Below, one piece after another: positions 52,756-64,000 of a DNA stretch of 64,000 nucleotides. The notes below the pieces were generated by a model, which saw nothing but the letters and a program-made list of their open reading frames with translations, had not been told where the DNA came from and searched no databases. This stretch comes from Octopus vulgaris (lineage: Eukaryota), in the NCBI GenBank assembly GCA_951406725.2, contig OX597822.1, positions 70,122,001-70,186,000 of the forward strand. Direction: 5' to 3'. The first letter of the stretch is position 1; each line of letters starts with the position of its first letter. The translations under genes and the position numbers were made by a program.

Positions 52756-54994
52756 ATCTAAAGCCATAGTTGTTAAGCACGGAATTAACAACATCAATAA
52801 ATACCAGCAGATGGCCACTATATCTTAACCCATTGAAGACATGATTTAAAAATAACATTTATTGTGTTTGCTCTTCTTATATGTATTCCTGGCAAATCTA
52901 GACTTGATAGCATCAATTTAAAGCAATTGATATTGTGAAAACCGCCTCTAGTCAAATCTTTAAATCAAAAGAAGTGATGCTGTTTGGTTAACTGATATAA
53001 ATACCATGAGATATAGCAGAACTTAGCTACTGAAAATGTTGGCTTGACTAAAATAGTATCTTAGTTGTAGATGTTATTCAGGCACAAGTAAATTTTGATC
53101 AGTATGTTCCAAACATGACCATCCTATGTAATTTCTTTTGCATATAATCTATCTAGAGTTCTTTATTCAGTGTTTTTTTGTTTTTCTTTAAAGACAGTAA
53201 GAAGTGGTTTGAAGGGAAATTTGGCTGTTATTTCTGGAAGGCTATGCAGTTATGTAGTGTCTATATTGTATTAGTTCTTGTAGGTGATTAATGCATCTTT
53301 GGAGTGTCAAAAATTTGAAGTTTTGTTGCTTAAATTGACCTTGATAATTGAATTCTCTGGAGAGAGGGATAGAGGGAGAAAAAGACCTTTTTGTATATGA
53401 AAAAGGACTCTTTGTCTGATTTAACCCCTCCACTCCCTGTCTGCTTCATGGGTGCCACTAGTGGAGTAAGATCTATGGCCAAGTTTTCAGTTTGAGAATA
53501 ACTTTTTCCTGCTACTTTTCCTATTCTGACTTAATGATGCAGACCCCCCCCCCCCCAAAAAAAAAACAAAACAAAACAAAACAAAATAACTTTTACTTGT
53601 TTCAGTCATTAAATTGTAACCATGCTGGGGCACCACTTTGAAGAATTTGAATGGATAAAAGATGCATGGGTATATTAAATGCTCCCTAATTTAAGCAGTG
53701 CATATTTAGAATACAAAAGTCATTATTGCATTAAAGCTAATGGAACGCCCAATATTGCATATACAATCTGGGGTGAATTTTTGGAGACATTTTTTAAAGG
53801 AAAAATTGCCATCAAATATAGTATTTGTATACGAAATACACTTGTTATAAAATTTGTCAAAATGTGAGCCCACAATTTCTGTGTTTTACCCCAGTTAAAA
53901 AATAGTAGTTAAATAAAAATAAAAACGAAATAAGTAGGATGTAATTTGAAGGAGATTCAGTTGCTATTTCTAGCAGGTTGAGCGACTGTATAGAGACTCA
54001 TTAAATGCATAAACTTTGTTTCAAAAACATTTTATAGAAAAATGTAAATTCATTTTTGCTAAACACAGAATTGAAGCTTACCAAACTTAAACAAACAAAC
54101 CACAAGGTTAGGTGCAATATCAAAATTATGTTTTACAGTTCCTTCTATTCTATGAATTATGAAAGTTCTTTCCTCAAAATTTAATGAGAGTATTTCTCTT
54201 AAACTTATTTCTGAAAACATTTGTTTGCTTTTAAAATTTAAAGATAGAGACATCACTCCCTTCACTGCTTTGCTTGTTTGCTTCTTAACCCTTCTCTCAC
54301 TATCTCTACTCCTACCCCCCCTCTCTCACATGGCCTCTTCTTTTGCTCCTACTCCTACTCTTTTCTCCCCACCCTGCCACTCTTTCACTCTCTTCCCTGC
54401 TTTTAATCACTCTCCTACATTCAACCTCTCCCCCAACTCTTTTTCAGTCTCTTTTACCCATCACTGTTATCGTTTTTCACCTATCTCTTTCATATCTCAG
54501 ACCTCCTCCTCCTCCTCATCCCCACTTCTTTCAGTATGTCTTCTCTTATCTCCCACCGATTCTTCCTCTCACCAGCTCTGCTCTTATTTACAATTTTTAC
54601 AGTTCCTTCTCTTACAATTCCAACATTGTAAAATGAAAACTTGGTGAACCTGTGTGAAAGCTTTCTGCTGTAATTTCTACTGCATCATTAACACCCGATA
54701 GATTGTTGAGAATTGAGTTAAAAAGGAAGAGAACAGTGTTTTGTGTGTTAAAAAGCACTTTTGAAATTTTAGATGGGGAAGCTGGCAATCACTCAGATGT
54801 TTTTTCTGCGTACAATAGTATAACTACCAAAACGAAATTAATACATCCAACATAGAGATGTCCCCTTCTGAGTGATAATTATAAATATTTGGATATACAT
54901 ATCTATGCTCATTTTACGTCTAGGTTTGGGCGGTATTGCTTTTCTTTTCTTTTTAGTGAATATTCATGTTTTTACAACACAACACATGCATGCA

Positions 54995-55118
54995 TACACA
55001 CACAACCTTATGTATACTCATAGACATGCAGAGAGATGCATATGTACACATATGCACTTATATGCCAGTTCTGACACTGCATGCACACACAGATATACAG
55101 TGCACTCACATAGTCATA

Positions 55119-55152
<34 letters not shown>

Positions 55153-55520
55153 CTCACTGCACACACACACACACACTCTCACTGCACACACACACACACA
55201 CTCACTGCACACACACACACACACACAACCTTGTGTATACTCATAGACATACATATGCACATACATGCAGTTATATGCCGGTTCTGACACTGCATGCACA
55301 CACAGATATATAGTGCACTCACATAGTCATACACACTCTCACTGCACACACACACATACACACACACACTCTCACTGCACACACACATACACACACACAA
55401 CCTTGTGTATACTCATAGATATGTGTATTGACATACATGTGCTTATATGCAGGGTCTGACACTTTGTATGCACATGCAAGTATATAATGAACTCACATAG
55501 TCACACACACACACACACTG
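54995..55520. repeat. Three-unit tandem repeat (~170-225 bp) with embedded (CA)n
   Basis: Units begin CAACCTT(A/G)TGTATACTCATAGA at about 55003, 55226 and 55398. Confidence 0.9.
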
Positions 55521-55699
55521 GACACAAATATACTTGTGTCCTATCTATCCCAATTCTAGTAGGTATATAAAAAAAACAAAACAAAACACAGAAACAAAAC
55601 AACTAAATGCTAACCCATTAACTCCCAAGTTTTTTTATTCATATTTTTTGGCTTTGGCCAGGTGTGTTAGGAGTTAAAATGATATATAGTATTTAAAAT

Positions 55700-55912
55700 T
55701 CAGCAGGCTGGCAGAAACATTAGCATGCCGGGCGAAATGCTTAGTGGTATTTCATCTGTCTTTACGTTCTGAGTTCAAATTCTGCTGAGGTTGACTTTGC
55801 CTTTTATCTTTTCGGGGTCGATAAATTGAGTACCAGTTACATACTGTAGTCGATCTAATTGACTGGCCCCCTTCCCCAAAATTTCTGGCCTTGTGCCTAG
55901 AGTAGAAAAGAA
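55700..55912 (+). mobile_element. SINE family B
   Basis: Consensus match; flanked by repeated TATAGTATTTAAA. Confidence 0.88.
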
Positions 55913-56398
55913 TTTATAGTATTTAAATTTTCTTCATATGTGAATTATTTTGGAAATTATGATAAATTTTTCAAAAATTCCAAATGGGGATTGCTGAAAA
56001 AAAGCATATTTATCCTTTTCTATTTAATTGCAATAATAAACATTTTAGTCTTTTTGAAACTATAATATCAAATGCAAATGTGTATGAAATATTAATGAAT
56101 GATATAGATGGGAAATGCAAAAAAGAAAAAGAAAAAAGTTTTCAAAATAGTCAATATTTTTGTAGTTTTCAAAAATTGCGATTTATGACATAAAATGTCC
56201 TCTAGAATTAGCCAGAGCTGATAATGACAAACTTTAACTACTAAATATTGTTAAACACACCTATGCAGATGCAATGTACATAAGCAATTCACTTTAAATA
56301 CAACGAACAACTGGCAGTGAGACTGTTTTTAGCAGATCCCCAAATGAGGCTCATGGAAGGCAAGGGATTAAACAAAACTAATATTGAGACACATAGGC

Positions 56399-56578
56399 TA
56401 AAAAGCACCCACTACACTCACGGAGTGGTTGGCGTTAGGAAGGGCATCCAGCCGTAGAAACACTGCCAGATTTGACTGGGCCTGATGAAGCCTTCTGGCT
56501 TCACAGACCCCAGTAGAACCGTCCAACCCATGCTAGCATGGAAAACGGACGCTAAACGATGATGATGATGATGATGAT
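56399..56578 (+). mobile_element. Retroposon family C, 5'-truncated, young
   Basis: (GAT)n tail; ATAGGC at 56393-56398 and 56577-56582. Confidence 0.88.
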
Positions 56579-57930
56579 AGGCAAGCAGTGTATTTCACCA
56601 GAAATATGGACAGGGAAGAGTTACTATAAAGCATTAGTGTATTTTATGATGTTTGATGTCAAATTACTTCTGAACACAGTGTTTTTGTTCAGTCAGTAGT
56701 AGTTCACATATAATGCTGTGTCCTATCTTTCCTCTGTTTCTGTGAATTTGTGGACAATCTTCCATTTGCAGTGATACTTGTTCTCCATATGCATCTCTCT
56801 TCCAATCAACTATTACAGTGGAAGTTTTAGGCTTAGAGCATGCAACTAGAATCCCTGACAATCACTTCTTGTTGAGTCTCACCCACTATCACAGAGGATC
56901 TCTCCTGATGAAAGCATATTCCTTAACATCGCTAGCACCATATTCCAGGGATGGGTCGTTCTCTTCAGCCCTCAACAATTATTGGATAGTCTACAGAGTT
57001 CATGTGAGGCCCACAATTGTAGTAGTGCCCTCATGTTTGAAATGGTGTTGTTGCACATGCAGATAGCTCAACCTGTATCCCATAAGAGTATGAAGTCACT
57101 GATAAGCTATCTTCAAGATTCAGCAAGTAAAAAAGAAAAAAAAAAGATTGTGTGTGTGTGTGTGTGTGTGAGTGTGAATGAGAGAGAGAAAGAGAGAATT
57201 TTCACTGTCCTTTGGTTGTATTTATAGATGAGACTTTGAGAGTAACTTCACATTGAGTATTTTAGAATAATTCTTTATTTTTGATGATAACTAACGACAA
57301 TACGTTGTTTGTGTGTTTCAATTCATTTTAAGAATAACTAGAATTTTCAGTGATTGAATAGGATAACATTTTTGAAATAATTAAGCCATGTTTGAAACAA
57401 AGTACTGATATGAGATTATGGAAGAAACTTTTAATTCAGATAAGAAGACTTTAAACATTGGCAGTTTTGCCTTGCAGAACCAGAAATGGTCTCTGGTGAG
57501 TTGGTTATCAAAAGAGTTAAGCATTTCAAACATAAGATTGTAGCAAACTTAATTTCCTTATATATGTGTGTGTGGGTATATATATATATATTAACTTCAC
57601 ACACACACACACACGCTGGAAGCTATTTACATGTCAGATACATTTGAAATCATTCTTGCTGCATAGATGTACACAGTGAAGCTATGCACTGATGTCTCCT
57701 TCAGAACTGTCTGGTGAAGCCATTTTTGATTGGTTTACTACAGTTATTATAGTCCTATTATATTTTTGTGTTGGTCTTTCAGATTTTAATAATCACTTTG
57801 CTCACAGACTTACTGACTTGGATATATTTATGAGACAAACACACACCGAGGGCAGTTTGATACTATTTGATATTTAGATTATAGGTATTTTATTCTAATT
57901 ATTATATACATTTTGTGTCAAGCTTACTTA

Positions 57931-58302
57931 TTATTACCTCTGCCTTAGCGAAGGCGGAGGTATTGTTTTCAGTCATGTTTGTTTGTTTGTTTGTCTGTGG
58001 ACAAGATATCTCACGAACTGCTGGATGGATTCAAATGAAACTTTCAGAGATGTTTGGCCCCGTGACTGGTATGAATTTATTAGATTTTGGGATCGATCCG
58101 GTACTGGACAAAGATTCTGGGATATTTTTCCGTATTTTTTTTACTTAATTTTTGAGAGTGGTCGGGTTCATTTCTAGTATTCTCGTTTGTGAGAGCAGTC
58201 AAGTTTATTTCATATATTCTCATTTTAAAAATCATCTCTGGCTAATCATTGAGAGGGCGTTGGTGTTGCCTTGGTGAAGGTTTGCATTCTCTAAGTGCTC
58301 TT
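57931..58302 (+). mobile_element. Helentron-associated non-autonomous element (HINE/DINE-1-like)
   Basis: 5' TACCTCTGCCTT...AAGGCGGAGGTA inverted repeat, (GTTT)n/GTCT microsatellite, 3' sub-TIR GCCTTGGTGAAGGT plus a short hairpin, in a TT context. Confidence 0.75.
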
Positions 58303-60044
58303 ATTATTATTATATCTTTTTTCAGTTACTCATAATATTGATTATCTGAACATCATTAGATACTTACTGATAGTTTGATCTAAATGTATATGAAGGTACA
58401 GTAGGCCTTAGCTGTGATGGCTAAAAGAAACTAAACAATATAACTATTCTCTGATTCCTTTTTACATTGTCCCTCATTCAGCCCCGATTGACCAGATATG
58501 TTAGGAAGGGCATCCAGCTGTAGAAACCATGCCAAAGCAGACATCTGAGCCTGGTGTAGTTATATATCTTTCCTTTTTTTAAGACAGTAGGGTGTGATTT
58601 GAGGGAGAGTTGGATACTATTTCTATCAATTCAAGTTACTATGTAGAAGATTCCCTCTATATACTTATTCTCTCACTTATAAGCCACACTGTCTTATACG
58701 GTAACAAAAGGTTACCGTATTTCTGTGGTAATACAGTCTTTATTTCAATTTATTTAAAAAAAATAATTATGAATTTAGTAAAATAACTTTGTTGTTATAG
58801 TGTTAGAGAATGGGGCGTAAATTATTATGAAATTTTGATGGCAGATTTAGATCACTTTAGAAGAGTGAGTTTGTATCATTGGGCTAAGGGTGGTCTCAGG
58901 CTGGTTGGTATCAAAAGGGTTAACCTAAAACATTTGTGGTGCAACTTACACACGGAACAAAGTTAATATCAGGTTTGAAAATGAAGTGAAAAAAAACATT
59001 GTATCAAGATTTAACACTAACTTAGAAGTGTGAGTTATACACAAGTAAATATCATCATCATCATCATCATTTAATATCGATGCTGGTATGGGCTAGATGG
59101 TTTGAGAGCAGCTGACAGGGTCAAGAGCTGCACCAGATCCCATAGTCTGTTTTGGTTTGCCTTCTACTACAGCTGGATGCTCTTCCTAAAACCAACCACT
59201 TTACAGAGTGTAATGGGTGCTTTTTATGTGACACCAGCACCAACACTTTGTACATGGAATCAACAGCATTGTCCCTCTTCCTGCTTTTCTAAACTATTTG
59301 TAGTAAATTAGCTGTTTAGCATTTTAAATAAAATGGAATTGGTTAGCAACCAGTTCTTGTATGAGGCTTACATTTCTTTGGTATTTTTCACAAATTTCTC
59401 TTCTACTTGAAATAATGATTTCAGTGAAGAGTTATCGGTTATATAATGAGCAGTGTCTGTGATTTTTGAAAGAGTTAACACATTGACTAGAACATTTGAA
59501 ATTAGGGTAGATTAATATAGTAGTAAATACATTGTACAGCTTTATCAGCTCTCAAGTTTAACAGAGGGTTAACAAGAGAGAGGGAGAGCGAGAGAGGAGG
59601 AGAGAGAATGTCAGTGACTAATAAAATATTTAAAGCTTCTATCTTCCTGGAGCCTGAAGTCTTACCACTGAGCTACATTGTTATCAGCTGTCAATGTGGT
59701 GTTAAGAATCATCACTTGCAGTTCTTCTGTCATCAGATGGTCGCTTTCATTGTTTTCGTTCACTCTTCGCTGTCTCTTCAATTCTGTGCTAGTTTTCTTC
59801 TTCTTTTTTTTTTTTTTTCAAACACATCACTTTGCTTCAGATAGAATGCTGTCTGACTATTAGAGTCTTGTTATCTTGCAGGAAGTTATTTGTCATGTTG
59901 AATGTGTTGAATGAAGACACTGCATGGAGTTAACGTAATTTGGCACCCCACCTCAATTCATTTGGTGCTCTAAATGATTAAAACTTTGAGCATAGCTGCT
60001 ACGTAGGTAGGTATGTATGTATATATGTATGTATGTATGTATGT

Positions 60045-60092
<48 letters not shown>

Positions 60093-61199
60093 AAGAGAGA
60101 AGGCTGGGTAGATATTGGAAAAAAGTTTGAGAGATTGCGTTTCACTGTTTTTACGTAGAGTAATTGTTTTCAACTATTTTCAATCTGTGAACCCCTTTGA
60201 TTACTACTATTTTATCCTGACGAACCTGCCCCATCTGTTTCATGTTTAATAACTAGTGTTATAGATACTTCATTCATAATTCCTATTTTGTTTTTCACAC
60301 GTTCACTTACATAGGTTTGCAATAGCATTCTTTGAGAGAGCATGTTTCAGTTGGTGACTGTGTGGTAAGAAGCTTGCTTCCCAACCACATGTTTCTGGGT
60401 TCAGTCTCACTGCGTCGCACCTTGCATGGCCACAGTCAAATGAATGAAACTAGTAAAAGAGTACATTCTAAAGACCTCAAAGTTTCTAGATGTTGGTAGC
60501 CGTGTATAGTGCTGTTTCATCCTTCAGTGGAATCATCAGTATGACATAACTCGAGGCAAATAAATTTAGATAAACATTTTATGAAGTTAGACTTTGCTTG
60601 TACATACTTTCTTGCTTGTGTCTTTTCTTCATTCAGTATGTACTAACACCAGTTTACACTTGACAGCATACTAGTGCAGTTGTACTAGCAAACACATTTT
60701 AAGTGTCCAGTCTTCTTTTTTTTTATTTTTTTTTTTTTATTAGAATTCTATGCTGAACCTTTCTCTCAAGGCCATGTTGTACATTCAACTGATCATGCAC
60801 AATTCATTTATGCTTTACCAATTATTTCAATTCTTCTTATTGTATAGCCCATTTTTCATTGTCATAAAATGTCACATACTTAATTATTCCACCTTATCCT
60901 CACTGTAGCGTGTTACTAGGTAACCTAGTACAAAACAGTAGCAATAAAGTTATATTGTTTCATAGTTACTACACACAATTATCATTTTGAATTATTTTTT
61001 TTTGTTTCCTCTTATTTAATTGAATTATTCTCTAAAGTGGAAAGAGTTCTCTCGGCTCTTTGTTCTTATCTATATAACTTTGTCTCTACATTTTTGTCAT
61101 GTTTTGTGTTTTTTAATATCATATTGTTTTGAATCACATATTTGCCAAATGATGCTCATGTGTACTCAATGTTGTTTTCGTTTTTTTTTTTTTTTGTAG

Positions 61200-61256
61200 G
61201 GTCGCCATACTAAAACTGGGCAACTCGCTGCTATTAAAGTTATGAATGTGACTGAA
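61200..61256 (+). CDS. MAP4K4: Internal coding exon of a misshapen/MAP4K4/TNIK/MINK1-like (GCK-IV) Ste20 Ser/Thr kinase; peptide GRHTKTGQLAAIKVMNVTE
   Basis: Long poly-T tract plus TGTAG acceptor (AG 61198-61199) and GTAAGT donor (61257-61262). 57 nt, phase 0/0, open frame. Near-identical to the vertebrate MAP4K4/TNIK exon GRHVKTGQLAAIKVMDVT as recalled, including the subdomain II catalytic Lys (AAIK). The invertebrate gene is co-orthologous to the three vertebrate paralogues. Confidence 0.95.
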
Positions 61257-61811
61257 GTAAGTAAATCAGTTCAATTTATATTACTGTTTAAATTCTTCTC
61301 AGCTACGCTACTAGAAATGTAAAAAAAAACAAAACAAAAAAAAACACCCTCAAAACAAAACAAAATACACATTTACACTACTAGAAAAAAAAAGAGAGAA
61401 AATGTAATTCTATTGAGAAAAAAGAAAAAAAGGATATTGTTTGTATCTTTTATTTAGATCAATTTTTTTAGTTGTTTTTTTTTTATTCTAATTTAATTTT
61501 GTTTTATTTCTGATATGTTTTTTTCAACAGAAAAGTAAACTTTTTTGATATGGTTACTAAATTAAAGAATTTGACATGGGTATCAGTGTGTGAGTGTGCA
61601 TCCTTCACATGTGTGTGTGTGTGTGTATATATATGTGTACTCACTTGTGTATGGTTTTCTTTGCTATTTTTTTAATATTTATAATATCCTTCATTTATTA
61701 AAACCAGAAAGAGCTGTGATATTTTGTATCCACTGTGCCAAATTCATTTATAATATCATTATATAATCATCACCACTCCTGAAGATTCACTGCTACATTT
61801 ATTATGTTGTA

Positions 61812-62128
61812 TGAAGGCGTGTGGCTAGGTGGTTAAGGTATTCAGCTCACAAGGTTGTGAGTTCGATTCCTGGTGACACGTTGTCTCCTTGAGCAAGACA
61901 CTTTATTTCACGATGCTCCAGTCCACTCAGCTGGCAAAAATGAGTGGTACCTGTATTTCAAAGGGCCAGCCTTGTCACACTCTGTGTCATGCTGAATCTC
62001 CCTGAGAACTACATTAAGGGTGCACATGTCTGTGGAGTGCTCAGCCACATGCACATTAATTTCACGAGCAAGCTGTTCTGTTGAGCAGATCAACCTGAAC
62101 CCTCATTGTTGTAACTGATGGAGTGCCA
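61812..62128 (+). mobile_element. SINE family D reference copy
   Basis: TGGCTAGGTGG / GAGTTCGATTCC boxes and CORE-like CCTTGAGCAAGACACTT. Flanking TTATGTT(G/A)TAT repeat. Confidence 0.88.
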
Positions 62129-62144
62129 ATCTTATGTTATATTA

Positions 62145-62340
62145 AAGGTGGTGAGCTGGCAGAAATGTTAGCACACCAGGTGAAATGCTTAGTGGTATTT
62201 CATCTGTCTTTATGTTCTGATTTCAAACTCCACTGAGGTGAGACTTTGTCTTTCATCCTTTCGGGGTGGATAAATTAAGTACCAGTTGCATACTGGGGTC
62301 GATCTAATAAACTGGCCTCCTTCCTCCAAATTTCAGGCCT
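62145..62340 (+). mobile_element. SINE family B
   Basis: Consensus match. Confidence 0.85.
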
Positions 62341-62664
62341 AAGTCATAATTAAAGAGAAGTTATTATGGTAAGGGTGAAAGTGAAGAATTAAAACTGGTA
62401 AGATAAAGATGGAGAGGTAAAGTGATATAGTAAGTAAGATAAATTAGAGATTAAAAACACTCTATTTCTCTCAAGCTCCTGATAAACTAAGTGAGCTTTG
62501 CTTAATTACAATAGATTAAGTAATCTATGTGATTATACACTCAGTTTTGATTATGGCTGAAACACTGCAGTAACACCTTATTATATGTGTATGTCCACAT
62601 GTAGACATGTATACATATGTTTATGTGTACAGGTTGCTGATATTCAAAATTTTTTTTAAATAGT

Positions 62665-62916
62665 TTACTCTTTTACTTGTTTCAGTCATTTGACTGTGGC
62701 CATGCTGGAGCACCACCTTTAGTCGAGCAAATCGACCCCAGGACTTATTCTTTGGAAGCCTAGTACTTATTCTATCGGCCTCTTTTACCGAACTGCTAAG
62801 TTACAGGGACGTAAACACACCAGCATCGGTTGTCAAGCGATGCTGGGGGGGGGGGACAAACACAGACACGCAATCATACACATACATATATATATACATA
62901 TATACGATGGGCTTCT

Positions 62917-62973
<57 letters not shown>
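62665..62973 (-). mobile_element. SINE family A 3' half, ending abruptly at (GA)n
   Basis: High similarity to 30470-30740; (GA)n at 62921-62973. Confidence 0.85.
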
Positions 62974-62977
<4 letters not shown>

Positions 62978-63139
62978 AATTCCAAACTTGCTTTCTTTAC
63001 CTCCAAAACCGATTTAAGAGGAAACATAGTAACTGCCAGGATTATATATCCCTTTAAACTCCTTTTTGGATATACATACATACACACATACATACATACA
63101 TACATATATTCATATATATATATGTGTATGTGTGTGTGT

Positions 63140-63375
63140 GTGCTAGTGGCACATAAAAAGCACAATTCGAGTGTGGTTAATGCCAGTGGCACGTAAAAGT
63201 CACCCACTACACTCTCAGAGAGTTGGCATTAGGAAGGGCATCAAGCTGTAGAAACATTGTCAGAACAGATTGGAGCCTGGTGCTGCCTCCTGGCTTGTCA
63301 GTCCTCAGTCAAACCATCCAACCCATACCAGCATGGAAAGCAGATGTTAAAAGATGATGATGATGATGACGATGA
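63140..63375 (+). mobile_element. Retroposon family C
   Basis: Two GGCAC(A/G)TAAAA modules, conserved body and (GAT)n tail. Confidence 0.85.
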
Positions 63376-63635
63376 TATATGTATATAAATAAACTCATTA
63401 CCAATTCAAATATGTTTGAGGCATATTCAAACCTGTAAGAAAGCTATTCACTGTATATTGTCATGGAGGAAATCTCTTTGGTGTAAACATATTAAGTCAG
63501 CTCACAGCGCCCCCTAACCGGACAGTTGGATGCATGCATTTCAGAGTGGTCATCTCCTCTCTAGGAACAGACACTGAAGTGATGGACGCTATGAACTGAC
63601 AGGGGAGGCAGGTCCCTGATATTCCCGTCATCATT

Positions 63636-63685
<50 letters not shown>

Positions 63686-63756
63686 ATTTATATATGTGTA
63701 TATATTCCCCCTCTCTCGTTCTTTTGGAGAGGCACTGAGCAGCTATATGCACACAG

Positions 63757-63907
63757 CAGTAACTTCTGCCTACCGAATTCAATCACAAAGCTTCAGTCGA
63801 CTCGGGGCTATTGTAGAAGACACCTACCCAAAGTGCCACACAGTGGGACTGATCCCGAAACCATGTAGTTAGGAAGCAAGCTCCCTAACCACACAGCCAT
63901 GCCCGCG

Positions 63908-63910
<3 letters not shown>
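63757..63910 (-). mobile_element. SINE family A 5' half
   Basis: Reverse-complement head and CORE-like segment, followed by (TA)n. Confidence 0.8.
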
Positions 63911-63960
<50 letters not shown>

Positions 63961-64000
63961 CATTAAATAAAATATTTAATTCTATAAAAAAATGCATACA

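Larger units (their letters stand above)
1..61199 (+). other. Probable single large intron (>61 kb) upstream of the kinase exon
   Basis: The expected preceding exon ([22 protein letters not shown]-like) was not found by eye. Content is repeats and low-complexity DNA. Confidence 0.7.
61257..64000 (+). other. Following intron (continues beyond window)
   Basis: Starts with GTAAGT. The next kinase exon (DEEEEIK-like) was not seen. Confidence 0.8.

Noticed and set aside
54159-54647. Longest ORF (162 aa, Ser/Leu/Pro/Phe-rich)
   Set aside because: A by-product of a CT-rich low-complexity tract that lacks stop codons.
54995-55520. CRISPR-like or repeat-spacer array
   Set aside because: Eukaryotic context, the units are wholly homologous with no unique spacers, and there are no cas genes.
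2360-63872. ORFs in the supplied six-frame track
   Set aside because: They are short and derive from microsatellites (poly-YI, HT, CV, ER, T/S), SINEs or MITEs. None resembles a cellular protein; only 8852-9106 reflects a LINE remnant.

Overview
AT-rich, repeat-dense eukaryotic (animal) genomic DNA. The SINE repertoire and microsatellite load look like an octopus or other coleoid cephalopod; this is inferred from recall, not a database search. The only protein-coding sequence I can support is one 57-nt phase-0 exon at 61200-61256 (+), GRHTKTGQLAAIKVMNVTE. It is kinase subdomain I/II of a misshapen/MAP4K4/TNIK/MINK1-type (GCK-IV) Ste20 kinase and is missing from the ORF track. I did not find the preceding kinase exon, so almost the whole window is probably one intron of more than 61 kb. 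That intron holds dozens of tRNA-derived SINEs in several module-swapping families (my labels A-F), decayed RTE-clade LINEs, hAT, Tc1/mariner, piggyBac-like and Helentron-like non-autonomous elements, and microsatellites. The most notable find is a perfect 64-bp-arm palindrome at 10089-10219 containing a complete minimal type I hammerhead ribozyme fold (Penelope/retrozyme-like). Other points of interest are a composite MITE dimer present twice, an insertion flanked by a 60-bp duplication, and a candidate recursive splice site. Repeat boundaries were read by eye and are approximate unless TSD/TIR positions are quoted.
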